A DNA stretch of 64,000 nt. Origin: an uncultured delta proteobacterium. Its GTDB lineage: Bacteria; Bdellovibrionota; FAC87; UBA2466. Location of the stretch: the NCBI GenBank assembly GCA_963778115.1, contig CAVZSV010000004.1, positions 1,568,001-1,632,000 of the forward strand. Direction: 5' to 3'. The notes below the pieces were generated by a model. That model saw only the letters and a list, made by a program, of their open reading frames with translations, was not told the origin of the DNA and searched no databases. Numbering within the stretch: position 1 is the stretch's first letter; each line of letters begins with the position of its first letter. Positions 1-8,735 of this stretch are shown piece after piece. A program made the translations under genes and the position numbers.

Positions 1-1500
1 GGGACAGTACGGCTTGATTCCGGCGTGTAATCTTACATAGCAGGGAGCTCTTAGATGCTCTCCGATTCTAGGAAAGACTTTGCAAACCTGTTCGATCTCA
101 TCGATCGTCGCTCTAAAGATCTCTTCCTGGGCGTTGTAACAGGATCTCAATTTCCATTTGTGTTGCAGCGACTGTAAATCTCCCGTGGAAATCATGCGTA
201 TGCTAAAAGAATTGGGTAATAAATAAAAAGCGTTCTCTTCAGAAACCCCGGAATCCAAGAGCTGGTTAATCGCGTTAAAGCTTCTTTCCATGCTGCGGTG
301 ATAAATGTCCTGTGCCTCTTGCGACTGAGTGATTCCAAAAGGCGTTATGTAATCAGGACGGCCACTATAATGAAAATACAGTTCCGGGCGGCTGGCCGGT
401 ACCGTACGGTGGCGCTGGTCTTGCGAATCGGCCGTATGGCTAATCTTCTTTTGAAAAGTAAATTGGACGTGATGCAAGATTTGGCTAAGTTTATCGAGAT
501 TCGCTAAATTAAGCGTATCAGCGATAATCGGATTGTTTTTTGGGCTTAGTAGAAGCGAAAGCGCTTCATTATCGGACATCTCTTTCTGAGTTCGACCCAA
601 ACTCACGCGAAGCGAACGCGCGAGTAACTCTTCGGCACCAGGCGAAAAATTAATGAGTTTGGAAACCCGCCCTTCTAGTTCAGCATCAAATTCCGCGGCA
701 AAGGCTCTTCGAGCCTCTCGCTTGATACCCACGGCACTTTGGCGACAGCGGTATTCCAAAGTATTTTCCAGAGGGATGGGATCTTCGATTTCTTTCTCAA
801 ATAGGGGATCTATCGCCTTCACGCAGGCGACCATCTTGTTAACGAGGATGCGTTGTTCGTGAGGAGTTTCAAAAAATTCACAAAGCTTAGCGTAACGCAA
901 AAGCGTTAACGCACTTATCGTGTGATAAAGATAGGCCGTTGCTCCGACCCCTAAGGCGTATCGAGCCACTTCGTAGGAACGTTTGTCGATAGCACCTTTC
1001 CACTTCTCGGGATCTTTACCTCGTGCTTTAAACCGCTCGTAATAATCTTTCGCCAAAGGGGCTCGCAAAAGTTCAATCAGCTTTTCGTAATCGGACATTT
1101 GAGCGTCGACCGTCTCGGCATAGATCTGCGACGAGGATTCTGCCATTTCAGGCATGATGAAAGTACCCCGCTTTACTTTCACATAACGCTGACTCACCTG
1201 CTCTGAATTGTAGAAAGGATGGCCGTGGAGAAAACTCCAAAGGCATTGACGAGAGATTCCCGTAATAGCGAAAACAAAATGGGCGTGCTGCCTAGTAGTC
1301 AAATGGCCTGCGAGTCGGGTGGACTGCGCAATACGATCCCTTATGCCGATGGCCTTTTCGTCTTTGGATACGTCCTCGGGGTAGATAATCCCCTTTCCGG
1401 AGTAGCAAGTCCTCGCCGACGCCACGGCGGTTTCGTAAGGATCGGCGATGGAGCCCACGAGCTGGACCTCCATGTCTTCTATGCGTCGAAAGTTCTCCAA
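1..1500 (-). CDS. thyX: FAD-dependent thymidylate synthase, tandem two-domain ThyX type (3' end runs off the window)
   Basis: Absent from the ORF track because there is no stop in the window. Manual translation is open from TTG 1500 (GAGGA SD) or ATG 1473 down to base 1: MEVQLVGSIADPYETAVASARTCYS..AGHLTTRQHAHFVFAITGISRQCLWSFLHGHPFYNSEQVSQRYV..ISHTADSQDQRHRTVPASRP..YLLPNS..LRSCYNAQEEI; two ThyX-like motif sets. Confidence 0.85.
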   Translation of the reverse strand, partial: MENFRRIEDMEVQLVGSIADPYETAVASARTCYSGKGIIYPEDVSKDEKAIGIRDRIAQSTRLAGHLTTRQHAHFVFAITGISRQCLWSFLHGHPFYNSEQVSQRYVKVKRGTFIMPEMAESSSQIYAETVDAQMSDYEKLIELLRAPLAKDYYERFKARGKDPEKWKGAIDKRSYEVARYALGVGATAYLYHTISALTLLRYAKLCEFFETPHEQRILVNKMVACVKAIDPLFEKEIEDPIPLENTLEYRCRQSAVGIKREARRAFAAEFDAELEGRVSKLINFSPGAEELLARSLRVSLGRTQKEMSDNEALSLLLSPKNNPIIADTLNLANLDKLSQILHHVQFTFQKKISHTADSQDQRHRTVPASRPELYFHYSGRPDYITPFGITQSQEAQDIYHRSMERSFNAINQLLDSGVSEENAFYLLPNSFSIRMISTGDLQSLQHKWKLRSCYNAQEEIFRATIDEIEQVCKVFPRIGEHLRAPCYVRLHAGIKPYCP

Positions 1501-1515
1501 AACGTCCTCACAAAT

Positions 1516-2892
1516 TCATAAAATATATCGGCTCAGATCCTCGTCCTTGGCAAGATCTTGAACTCTAGTCACCACATATTCCGAAGTGACTTCCACCTTT
1601 TGACCCGGGAGGTCGGTCGCATTGAAGCTGACTTCGTCCAATACCCGTTCCAAAATCGTGTGCAGACGCCGTGCCCCAATGTTTTCCGTCTTTTCATTGA
1701 CGGTGGTAGCCAGTTCCGAAATCCGCTGGATGGCATCCTGCCGAAATATCAAATCAACCCCCTCGGTAGCCATTAACGCACTATACTGCTTGAGAAGGCT
1801 ATTTTTCGGTTCGGTGAGAATACGAACAAAATCCCCGGTTGTCAGCGACTTCAGTTCGACGCGGATCGGAAATCTCCCCTGTAGTTCGGGAAAGAGGTCG
1901 GATGGCTTGCTATGGTGGAAAGCGCCGGCCCCAATAAAGAGCATATGGTCTGTTTTTACCACTCCATATTTCGTATTGACCGAGCTTCCCTCCACGATGG
2001 GTAACAAGTCCCGCTGAACGCCTTCGCGAGAAACTCCAGCTCCCCCCGAACGAGCCCGCTCGCCGCTTTCCGCGATCTTGTCCATCTCATCTAAGAAAAT
2101 AATGCCGTGGTGCTGCGCCCGTTCGATCGCAAGCGGAATCACCCGATCCATGTCCACCAGGCGAGAAGCCTCTTCCAGGACGATAATTTCGCGCGCCTCG
2201 CGCACTTTCAATTTCCGTCGCCTGCTACGTTTGGGCATCATGTTGCCCATCATCTCGCGAAGATTGGCGTCCATCTCCTCCATGCCGGGAACGGCTAGCA
2301 CTTCGAATACGGGAACTTGCTTTTCCTTCGATTCGAAAGTCACTTCGCGATCTTCCATTTCGCCCCGCTGAAGCATTCCTCGAAACTTCTCTCGGGTGGA
2401 GTTTTCTATCTCCACGGGTACGATTGCTTCTTCGGGCTTGAACTGTTTGGCGTAAGGTAAGAGCAGATCTAAAAGACGCTCCTCCGCAAGCTCCCTGGCT
2501 TTGGGAAGGACTTTTTCCTTCTCTTCCTTTTTCACCATGTTAATGGAGAGTTCCACGAGCTCTCGGATCATGGATTCCACGTCTTTTCCTACATACCCCA
2601 CTTCCGTATATTTCGTCGCTTCCACTTTCAGGAAAGGCGCATTTACTAGCCGTGCTAATCTGCGAGCAATTTCGGTTTTCCCTACTCCGGTGGGACCAAT
2701 CATCAGAATGTTCTTGGGATGAATTTCGTCTTTTAGATCAGCTGCCACATGTTGCCGACGCCACCGGTTGCGCAATGCTATGGCAACCGCTCGCTTCGCG
2801 TCATTTTGTCCCACGATATATTTGTCTAACTCGCTCACTATTCGAGAAGGAGAGAGCTTGGCTTCCCAGTCTTGATTTTTTTCTTCACTCAC
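1516..2892 (-). CDS. hslU: ATP-dependent protease ATPase subunit HslU
   Basis: [15 protein letters not shown]alker [23 protein letters not shown]-terminal DLSRYIL. Confidence 0.98.
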   Translation of the reverse strand: MSEEKNQDWEAKLSPSRIVSELDKYIVGQNDAKRAVAIALRNRWRRQHVAADLKDEIHPKNILMIGPTGVGKTEIARRLARLVNAPFLKVEATKYTEVGYVGKDVESMIRELVELSINMVKKEEKEKVLPKARELAEERLLDLLLPYAKQFKPEEAIVPVEIENSTREKFRGMLQRGEMEDREVTFESKEKQVPVFEVLAVPGMEEMDANLREMMGNMMPKRSRRRKLKVREAREIIVLEEASRLVDMDRVIPLAIERAQHHGIIFLDEMDKIAESGERARSGGAGVSREGVQRDLLPIVEGSSVNTKYGVVKTDHMLFIGAGAFHHSKPSDLFPELQGRFPIRVELKSLTTGDFVRILTEPKNSLLKQYSALMATEGVDLIFRQDAIQRISELATTVNEKTENIGARRLHTILERVLDEVSFNATDLPGQKVEVTSEYVVTRVQDLAKDEDLSRYIL

Positions 2893-2926
2893 CGCATACC
2901 TCCGCCAGAACGCATTCCCTACGACT

Positions 2927-3466
2927 TTATAGTTTCTCCAAAGTAATTTCCTGATTGGTATAGATACAAATATCTCCGGCGATTCCCATCGCTTCTTTTA
3001 CAATGGTAGCCGCGTCTAAATTCGAATGGCGCTTTAGGGCCAGTGCCGCCGATTGCGCATAAGGTCCGCCACTTCCAATGGCACAAACCCCTTCGTCGGG
3101 TTCAATGACATCGCCACTACCAGACAAGATGAATGCCTTTTCTTTATTTGCGACGATAAGAAGGGCCTCAAGCCTGCGCAAACCGCGATCCGTGCGCCAG
3201 TCTTTGGCGAGCTCGACAGAACTTCTTACCAAGTCGCCCGAATATTTCTGAAGCTTCTGTTCAAACCTTTCAAAGAGGGTAAATGCATCCGCGGTTCCGC
3301 CGGCAAAGCCGGCTAAGACCTTCCCGTCGTAAAGGGTGCGGACCTTCCTGGCTTTCGATTTGAGAACGGTTGCCCCGTTAGTGACTTGACCGTCACCGGC
3401 CATGACCGTCACCCCTTTGTGGTTGAGGCACAAAATGGTGGTTGAGCGAATACGACGACGTTTCAC
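2927..3466 (-). CDS. hslV: ATP-dependent protease peptidase subunit HslV
   Basis: N-terminal TTILC nucleophile Thr, [30 protein letters not shown]. Confidence 0.98.
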   Translation of the reverse strand: MKRRRIRSTTILCLNHKGVTVMAGDGQVTNGATVLKSKARKVRTLYDGKVLAGFAGGTADAFTLFERFEQKLQKYSGDLVRSSVELAKDWRTDRGLRRLEALLIVANKEKAFILSGSGDVIEPDEGVCAIGSGGPYAQSAALALKRHSNLDAATIVKEAMGIAGDICIYTNQEITLEKL

Positions 3467-4470
3467 GTACTACTGTCCTTTCTGCCCCGAGTCCGTTGCT
3501 TATCTCGGGGATGAGCTTTCGCATAAGAGATCTTTAACCTCTCGACATCGACTTGTGTGTACTTCTGAGTCGTTACTAAGGAGCGATGGCCCAATAACTC
3601 TTGGATTTCGCGTAGACCGGCCCCTCCCGCCAACAGATGAGTGGCACAGGAGTGGCGCAGGGTATGGGGGCTGACTTTTACTCCGTCTCGTCCTAAGGAA
3701 TTCACCGCAATTTCGCGGAGATTGCGTTGGACGGTTCTTACCGTAACCCGATCTCCATCTTTGTTGAGAAACAGGGGAGTATTCAGTCCGTGTTTTTGGC
3801 TCTGAGGCATCGAATCAATATAATCACGAAGCGCTTTCTGACAATGCTGTCCCATAGGGACCACTCGCTCCTTATTTCCTTTGCCAATGACTCGAACGGT
3901 CGCCGCCTGGAAATCGACGTGAGAGTGGTTTAGTCCTATCAGTTCTGAAATCCGGATTCCTGTTGAGTATAAGAGCTCTACGACAGCACGAATACGTTTT
4001 TCCCGAAGGGTCCCCTGGGGAATACTGTCTATTAAGGTGACGACTTGTTCTGGCTTTAGAATGTCGGGTAGCTTTTCCTCGGGTCTCGGAAGGCTAATGA
4101 GTTTAGCGACATTCTTCTGTAAGTAACCCTCTCGGTGGAGAAACTTAAAGAAGCTCTTAATAACCGAAAGCCGACGAGAGACGGTACTTCGCTCATAGGT
4201 TTCCATTTCCGAAGCTAGAAATTCCCGAAGGAATTTAAGATTGGTAAGATCCTCTAACCCCCCACGAGCTCCGTGCTTTTCCGAAAAGTAACGTAACCAC
4301 TGGCGCAGATCGATTTCGTAGTTGATCAAAGTGTGTGGACTGGCATCGCGCTCGGTCCGCAAATACCCTAAAAACTCCTGAGTGAGCGCTGGAAACGAGA
4401 GCTGGGGCGCGATATCAGATTTAACCTGATTCTGACCCGAGTCTGAGTTCTTGGGAGGAGTCTTTTCCAT
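3463..4470 (-). CDS. xerC: Tyrosine recombinase XerC
   Basis: [42 protein letters not shown]; precedes hslVU; start placed at ATG 4470. Confidence 0.9.
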   Translation of the reverse strand: MEKTPPKNSDSGQNQVKSDIAPQLSFPALTQEFLGYLRTERDASPHTLINYEIDLRQWLRYFSEKHGARGGLEDLTNLKFLREFLASEMETYERSTVSRRLSVIKSFFKFLHREGYLQKNVAKLISLPRPEEKLPDILKPEQVVTLIDSIPQGTLREKRIRAVVELLYSTGIRISELIGLNHSHVDFQAATVRVIGKGNKERVVPMGQHCQKALRDYIDSMPQSQKHGLNTPLFLNKDGDRVTVRTVQRNLREIAVNSLGRDGVKVSPHTLRHSCATHLLAGGAGLREIQELLGHRSLVTTQKYTQVDVERLKISYAKAHPRDKQRTRGRKDSST

Positions 4471-4720
4471 AGTTAGGCCGAGTTTGCTTCGAATCGCGGC
4501 GAATGGCAATCGAAGGGACATTTGGACTACCCAAGGCTATCACGATGTCAGAATCGTCGGAATCATCGTCGTCTTCGTCCCCCGAGGAAGGGGAATCGTC
4601 GGCTCTTAAAGGCGCAAGCCAAGACTTGACCTTGTGATGAGGGTGAAAGAAACCTCCGAGCAGAAGCCCTGTAAGAAGCGCCACGATAATGACGAGCCCT
4701 GTTCGCCACGTTCCGGTCAT
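4421..4720 (-). CDS. Putative small single-pass membrane protein with acidic tract
   Basis: ATG 4720 with GGGAGG SD; hydrophobic LVIIVALLTGLLLGGFF followed by DEDDDDSDDSD; overlaps the xerC start by 50 nt. Confidence 0.4.
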   Translation of the reverse strand: MTGTWRTGLVIIVALLTGLLLGGFFHPHHKVKSWLAPLRADDSPSSGDEDDDDSDDSDIVIALGSPNVPSIAIRRDSKQTRPNYGKDSSQELRLGSESG

Positions 4721-4830
4721 GGATGTTCCCTCCCGAACCTCGAGTCCACGCGGGTTCAGCATACTCCCTCCAATAAAGATCTCATAACGCAGGTAACCAT
4801 AGGTTGGAGCCGTGGTAAAATGTGTCTCTG

Positions 4831-5565
4831 ATGTCGCTTCGAATTTTCAAAGTCTTGTCGCTTTCCATTTTCCTTTTGCTAAGCGGTGCCCTATCAGCGG
4901 CGTCGCTGCCTGCAGCGATGTCGGAAAACGACATCGGCCAGCTCGTTCAAGCGATCACGATCCCGTCGGTAACCAAACTCATGCGCTCCGCCGAGCCCTA
5001 CAACGATCTCTTTCCGGGATTTAAGATAGGCCTTGAGATTAATGTCTTAGCTCCGCAAAACATGAACCTATTGGGTGATGGAACAGGAGCTATTCCGGGG
5101 TTCATTCCCGCACCCAGAATTTATCTGGCTAAGAGCCTCCCCGCTAATTTAGAAATTATCTTTAGCTTTATGCCGTCCAGTCTCTCCAATATTGTCTCGA
5201 CGACTGGAGGGATTTTAAAATGGTCCTTCTACAATGAAAAAGAGACGTTCATTAGCGGAGCTGCCTACGCAGGCGTTACGGGCGTTTCGGCTTTTAGTGG
5301 CCTCTATACCGGAAAGGATCTCGAGGCGGGTCTTTATTTGAGTAAAGATTTCGTCCGCATTCGCCCTTATCTCGGTGCCGGTTTACTCTATGGAGATGGA
5401 AATATTCCAGCCGTTCTGGCAAGTACGCCCGTGACTTCGACCTCTCAAATTGCGTTCCACGGTTTTTTTGGAATGGAAATCGAACTTCCCATTGAGCTGG
5501 GGTTTCAAGTCGATCTCTTTAACGTGACGTTGCGTGGTTCGATGCTTATTGGCAAGACGTTCTAG
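4831..5565 (+). CDS. Hypothetical exported protein, probable outer-membrane beta-barrel
   Basis: Signal peptide, alternating amphipathic strands (RPYLGAGL, FHGFFGMEI), C-terminal Phe (LIGKTF). Confidence 0.6.
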   Translation: MSLRIFKVLSLSIFLLLSGALSAASLPAAMSENDIGQLVQAITIPSVTKLMRSAEPYNDLFPGFKIGLEINVLAPQNMNLLGDGTGAIPGFIPAPRIYLAKSLPANLEIIFSFMPSSLSNIVSTTGGILKWSFYNEKETFISGAAYAGVTGVSAFSGLYTGKDLEAGLYLSKDFVRIRPYLGAGLLYGDGNIPAVLASTPVTSTSQIAFHGFFGMEIELPIELGFQVDLFNVTLRGSMLIGKTF

Positions 5566-5588
5566 CCTCTCCGACGAACCCTTGGTCT

Positions 5589-5615
5589 ACAAGAAGGTAC
5601 GGCCTACGTTCCTGT
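5589..5615. repeat. Single REP-like repeat unit
   Basis: ACAAGAAGGTACGGCCTACGTTCCTGT matches the 8667 arm at 25/27; lies between convergent genes. Confidence 0.75.
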
Positions 5616-6100
5616 TATGATTGTTTTATCTTTTGGATCAAAGCCGTGGTGGAAAACCCTGAAACTAAAGGAATGAGCTCGATTTTTCCCCCTCCTGATT
5701 CCACGGTGGCACGCTCAGGAAGTGGCTTTCCCTCGTAATCGGCCCCTTTGACATGGATGTTGGGGCGAATCACTTTAAGGAATTCGATAGGAGTGTCTTC
5801 GTCGAAAATAGAGACATAGTCGACTGAGGCAAGTCCTGCCACTTGAAGGGCTCGGATTTTTGCCTCTACTAGCGGCCGGCAAGTTCCCTTTTCCAATTTT
5901 TTCACCGAGCGATCGGAATTAATTCCGACAATAAGCACATCGCCTAACTGTTTAGCGTCGTACAAGTACTTGATATGGCCCCAGTGCAAAAGATCAAAGC
6001 AACCGTTGCTTGTGACGATCTTTTGCCCCTTGGCAAGCAATTCCATCGCTAGCGCCGCAAGCTTTTCTCGGGGAATGATTTTGTTTTCCGGAGCTACCAT
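5615..6100 (-). CDS. rfaE2: D-glycero-beta-D-manno-heptose 1-phosphate adenylyltransferase (HldE domain II)
   Basis: SNGCFDLLHWGH HxGH motif, VGINSDRSVKKL, FDEDTP, HVKGADY, STTALI. Confidence 0.88.
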   Translation of the reverse strand: MVAPENKIIPREKLAALAMELLAKGQKIVTSNGCFDLLHWGHIKYLYDAKQLGDVLIVGINSDRSVKKLEKGTCRPLVEAKIRALQVAGLASVDYVSIFDEDTPIEFLKVIRPNIHVKGADYEGKPLPERATVESGGGKIELIPLVSGFSTTALIQKIKQS

Positions 6101-6105
6101 CGAAA

Positions 6106-7056
6106 TTACACCGTACGATAGAGTGCCGTGCCGGACAACAGATCTAAGAGATTACGGCCCCGCCTTTGGAATACCAGAAGCAGAAGGGGAAAAACCGGAG
6201 CATAAAAAGCAAAACCAAAGAAAACTCTTAGCATCTTTTTAAAGAACCTAGCCTGTTCATTACCATAGGCGATCCGAATTCCCCACACCCACATGCCAAA
6301 AGTCATATCCAAAAGCCCTACGCAAAGGGCCAGATAGCTAAGCCAAATCGTCCCAAACTCCAAGATGGCAAATCGAAAGAAGGCTGGAGTTTGAAGGGCC
6401 TTCAAATTGGAAAGGGAAAACTCGACTGAGGAAGCAGTGAGTAACTTCATCGTAACGCCGACCGCGATTAAAACGAGAGACAGTACAAAGATCTCATCTA
6501 GCATCGCGGAGAACGTCCGTCGAAAGATGGAAGTCCCCGGCATCGGAGGAGGTTGGGGAATAGGCGATTCTATATCGCCCAAAACATTCTTGGCTGCTCT
6601 GTCGATGGGACTTAGCTCCGCGCGTTCTTCAGCCAATTCTGCTTCCTTTTCCGCGCGGTCCATAAATGCAGCCAGCGGAGACTGCGACCGACTCACTTCA
6701 GATACGGCAAAGGTAGGCTCTAGCCTAGGCTTTAGCGAATCGTTCAAGGAGACTACTGGCTTAGCGTCCGGCAACGGTCGCGTAGGCGGCGGTACTACCA
6801 CAGGGGCTTCTTTACGTTTCGGACTTTCTAGTCCCAAGCCGTCAGTCAAAGGGCGAAACGATCGTTGCCCGGTCTCAGGTTGCTCGCCTTGATCCAGCTC
6901 CGAAGCGATAAGCTCCCTTAACTCCAGCAGTGCGACTAGCCCCGCGGTTTCCAGAACGGTATCCGCATTTCCCCGCGTCGTGTCCTCGACCAAAGTTAGC
7001 TCCGAATGAGAAAAATAAGGTTTGAAATTCGATCTAATGAAAACATCATCTGCCAC
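6106..7056 (-). CDS. RDD family membrane protein with Pro-rich N-terminal region
   Basis: FRRTFSAMLD, MTFGMWVWGIRI, LLDLLSGT RDD-type pattern with about three TM segments. Confidence 0.8.
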   Translation of the reverse strand: MADDVFIRSNFKPYFSHSELTLVEDTTRGNADTVLETAGLVALLELRELIASELDQGEQPETGQRSFRPLTDGLGLESPKRKEAPVVVPPPTRPLPDAKPVVSLNDSLKPRLEPTFAVSEVSRSQSPLAAFMDRAEKEAELAEERAELSPIDRAAKNVLGDIESPIPQPPPMPGTSIFRRTFSAMLDEIFVLSLVLIAVGVTMKLLTASSVEFSLSNLKALQTPAFFRFAILEFGTIWLSYLALCVGLLDMTFGMWVWGIRIAYGNEQARFFKKMLRVFFGFAFYAPVFPLLLLVFQRRGRNLLDLLSGTALYRTV

Positions 7057-7185
7057 AAAAGTAAAACCCGCGTCGAAGCCAAGCCAGCCAAAGCAGTGAC
7101 GCGTCGAGTAACCTATCTTAATGAATTCCTTGCCGATTCTTAATAACTAGTTTTACATCCGTAGTTAGGGAAGGGGGATCTCGTC

Positions 7186-8664
7186 ATGGGAATTGCGAGA
7201 CATTGGGGTGTTGTGTGCGGACTTACGTGCATGGGGCTAAGCGCACTAGCGATCGCTAGTTCTGGAGGCCCGAACTACGCCGGCCGAACGATCGGCCAAT
7301 TGGGATCCATGCCCACCGCAAGCGATCTGCAAGCATGGATCGATTGGGAAAAGGCCGATTCCATCACCAACCTTTTTGCTAACATTTCACCGCAGGGAGC
7401 TGCTAGCGGAGCCGTCGTCGCTTCTCCTTCCACGACCAACCCAAACTATTTCAAACATTGGGTTCGCGATGCATCACTAACGATGAATTTAGTCATCAGC
7501 TTTTACGAAAATACTCAGGACGCCACTCAGCGGGCCACCTACTACCAGCGCATGATGGATTTCGCTAGTTTCTCCCGAAAAAACCAACTGACGCCTAACT
7601 TAAGCGGCGGATTAGGCGAGCCTCTATTTATGGCAGACGGAAGTGCCTTTAATCAGCCGTGGGGACGGCCGCAAAATGACGGCCCCGCCATTCGGGCGTT
7701 CGTACTCACCCGTTGGGCCAATGATCTCATTAATGAAGGACAAGAAGCTTTAGTTCGTAGCCAACTTTACGACGGTGTCCTGCCTACTAATTCAGTTATT
7801 AAATCCGATTTGGAGTACGTCGCCCACAATTGGCAGAACAGCTGCTACGATCTTTGGGAAGAGGTTCACGGCTACCACTTCTACACAAGAATGGTTCAGC
7901 GCAAAGCCATGTTAGATGGAGCCGCGTTGGCCGATAGACTGGGAGACATGGGAGCAGCGGCCTTTTACCGCCAACAAGCGGGACTGCTCGAAACCCAGAT
8001 CAATACTCACTGGGATAGCACGAATAATATTATCCAGGCCACTTTGGGGCGCGACGGGGGCATCGACTACAAAAGTAGCGGCTTAGATTCTTCGGTAATC
8101 CTAGGCGTGATGCATGCCGACACTCACGACGGATTCTTCCCCGTTTATGACGACAGAGCTGTCGCTACCGCTGTAAAACTAGCCAATACGTTTAAGTCCG
8201 AGTTCCCCATCAACCAACAAGGACCGGGGATTGGAATTGGACGTTATCCCGAAGATCAGTACACCGGCTACGGAGTTGCCGCAAACGGCGGAGATCCTTG
8301 GGTGCTACTCACCAACGGATTCGCAGAATATTATTATCGAGTTTCGAAAGGGCTAACTTCGACGGGAACTTTGACCTTTAACAACATCAACCAAAGCTTC
8401 TACCAAGATCTGGTTCCGGCACAGGCTTCGTCCATTACACCAGGCACGACCATTCACTCAACTGATGCGCTATTTACGGCCATTACCGCTGCCGCTTGGG
8501 CTCGCGGAGACGACTACTTAAGTCGCACCCGCTATCACACGGGAGCCGATGGTGTGTTGTACGAACAGATGAACCGCAACAACGGGTTCATGCAAGGCGC
8601 TTACAACCTAACTTGGAGCGACGCCAGTTTCCTCGTCGCCGCCTGGGAGCGCAGCGGCTTCTAA
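7186..8664 (+). CDS. Secreted glucoamylase, glycoside hydrolase family 15 (fungal-type)
   Basis: ASPSTTNPNY..WVRD, GLGEP, WGRPQNDGPA, DLWEE (general acid), IGRYPED, EQMNR..LTWS (base); signal peptide. Confidence 0.93.
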   Translation: MGIARHWGVVCGLTCMGLSALAIASSGGPNYAGRTIGQLGSMPTASDLQAWIDWEKADSITNLFANISPQGAASGAVVASPSTTNPNYFKHWVRDASLTMNLVISFYENTQDATQRATYYQRMMDFASFSRKNQLTPNLSGGLGEPLFMADGSAFNQPWGRPQNDGPAIRAFVLTRWANDLINEGQEALVRSQLYDGVLPTNSVIKSDLEYVAHNWQNSCYDLWEEVHGYHFYTRMVQRKAMLDGAALADRLGDMGAAAFYRQQAGLLETQINTHWDSTNNIIQATLGRDGGIDYKSSGLDSSVILGVMHADTHDGFFPVYDDRAVATAVKLANTFKSEFPINQQGPGIGIGRYPEDQYTGYGVAANGGDPWVLLTNGFAEYYYRVSKGLTSTGTLTFNNINQSFYQDLVPAQASSITPGTTIHSTDALFTAITAAAWARGDDYLSRTRYHTGADGVLYEQMNRNNGFMQGAYNLTWSDASFLVAAWERSGF

Positions 8665-8666
8665 CC

Positions 8667-8735
8667 ACAAAAAGGTACGGCCTACCTTCCTGTAGTAGAC
8701 GAAGTGATACAGGAAGGTAGGCCGTACCTTTTTGT
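8667..8735. repeat. Perfect 28-bp inverted repeat (REP doublet-like; could also terminate transcription bidirectionally)
   Basis: ACAAAAAGGTACGGCCTACCTTCCTGTA (8667-8694), 13-nt loop, exact reverse complement (8708-8735); fills the gap between convergent stops. Confidence 0.9.

Noticed and set aside
298..1521. Short + strand ORFs in the track
   Set aside because: Antisense to the thyX reading frame.
3463..4470. Integrase marking a prophage or island
   Set aside because: Housekeeping xerC-hslVU context with no phage or att features.
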